This document shows positions 63,803 to 64,000 of a stretch of DNA of 64,000 bases, one piece after another (position 1 is the first letter of the stretch; each line of letters starts with the position of its first letter). The stretch is from NCBI GenBank assembly GCA_002633005.1, contig NMRA01000525.1, positions 193,211-257,210 of the forward strand. Direction: 5' to 3'. The notes beneath the pieces are model-generated. The model worked only from the letters and a program-made list of their open reading frames with translations, was not told the DNA's origin and did no database searches. Source of the DNA: Phoronis australis. Its lineage: Eukaryota > Animalia > Phoronida. Position numbers and translations under genes: made by a program.

Positions 63803-64000
63803 GCTGGTTAACTCACAGATTTTGTGTGCACAGGCCGACGGTCGTTAGCTCTACCGTGGAGTATTAATAGTCCAAGGCTCGATCTACATGTTGGGGACGA
63901 AGTGAACTACCCGGGCTGTGTGAAATTTCTGGGTCTAACGGAGACACTGACGAAGTGGTCAGCCAGCTCGCTGTATCAAGACTATAGTCAAAATCCAAAT

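Overview
AT-rich animal (invertebrate-like; species not determinable) genomic DNA with spliceosomal GT-AG introns and many small transposon relics. Two complete minus-strand genes were rebuilt by hand. (1) A TBK1-adaptor gene of the NAP1(AZI2)/SINTBAD(TBKBP1)/TANK family (CDS 4723-3814 + 1757-970, ~565 aa), with an N-terminal FIR-like motif, coiled coil, TBK1-binding-domain-like helix, TRAF-like motif and two UBZ1 zinc fingers; kappaB sites flank its first exon near 7.4 kb. (2) A 9-coding-exon LIV-1 zinc transporter, ZIP6/ZIP10/foi-like (46731 to 28639, 641 aa), whose TM5 signature reads HELPHGLGD instead of HEXPHEXGD, preceded by an in-frame uORF. The 3' part of the ZIP gene (last intron, terminal exon, 3'UTR, downstream flank; ~25.0-32.1 kb) has a diverged copy at ~55.6-62.9 kb, upstream of the gene's own promoter. 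That copy keeps an intact terminal exon but has no other ZIP exon in the window, and it abuts a probable promoter of a plus-strand gene at ~63.6 kb. Both last introns contain Helentron-like repeats carrying dense same-orientation arrays of CTCF-like motifs. Other content: hAT-like MITEs with 5-bp TSDs bracketing the ZIP promoter, Kolobok- and Harbinger-like MITEs, tRNA-derived SINEs, minisatellites and a ~100-nt intronic hairpin. Most short ORFs in the supplied track are spurious. All calls are from manual reading; no database search was run.
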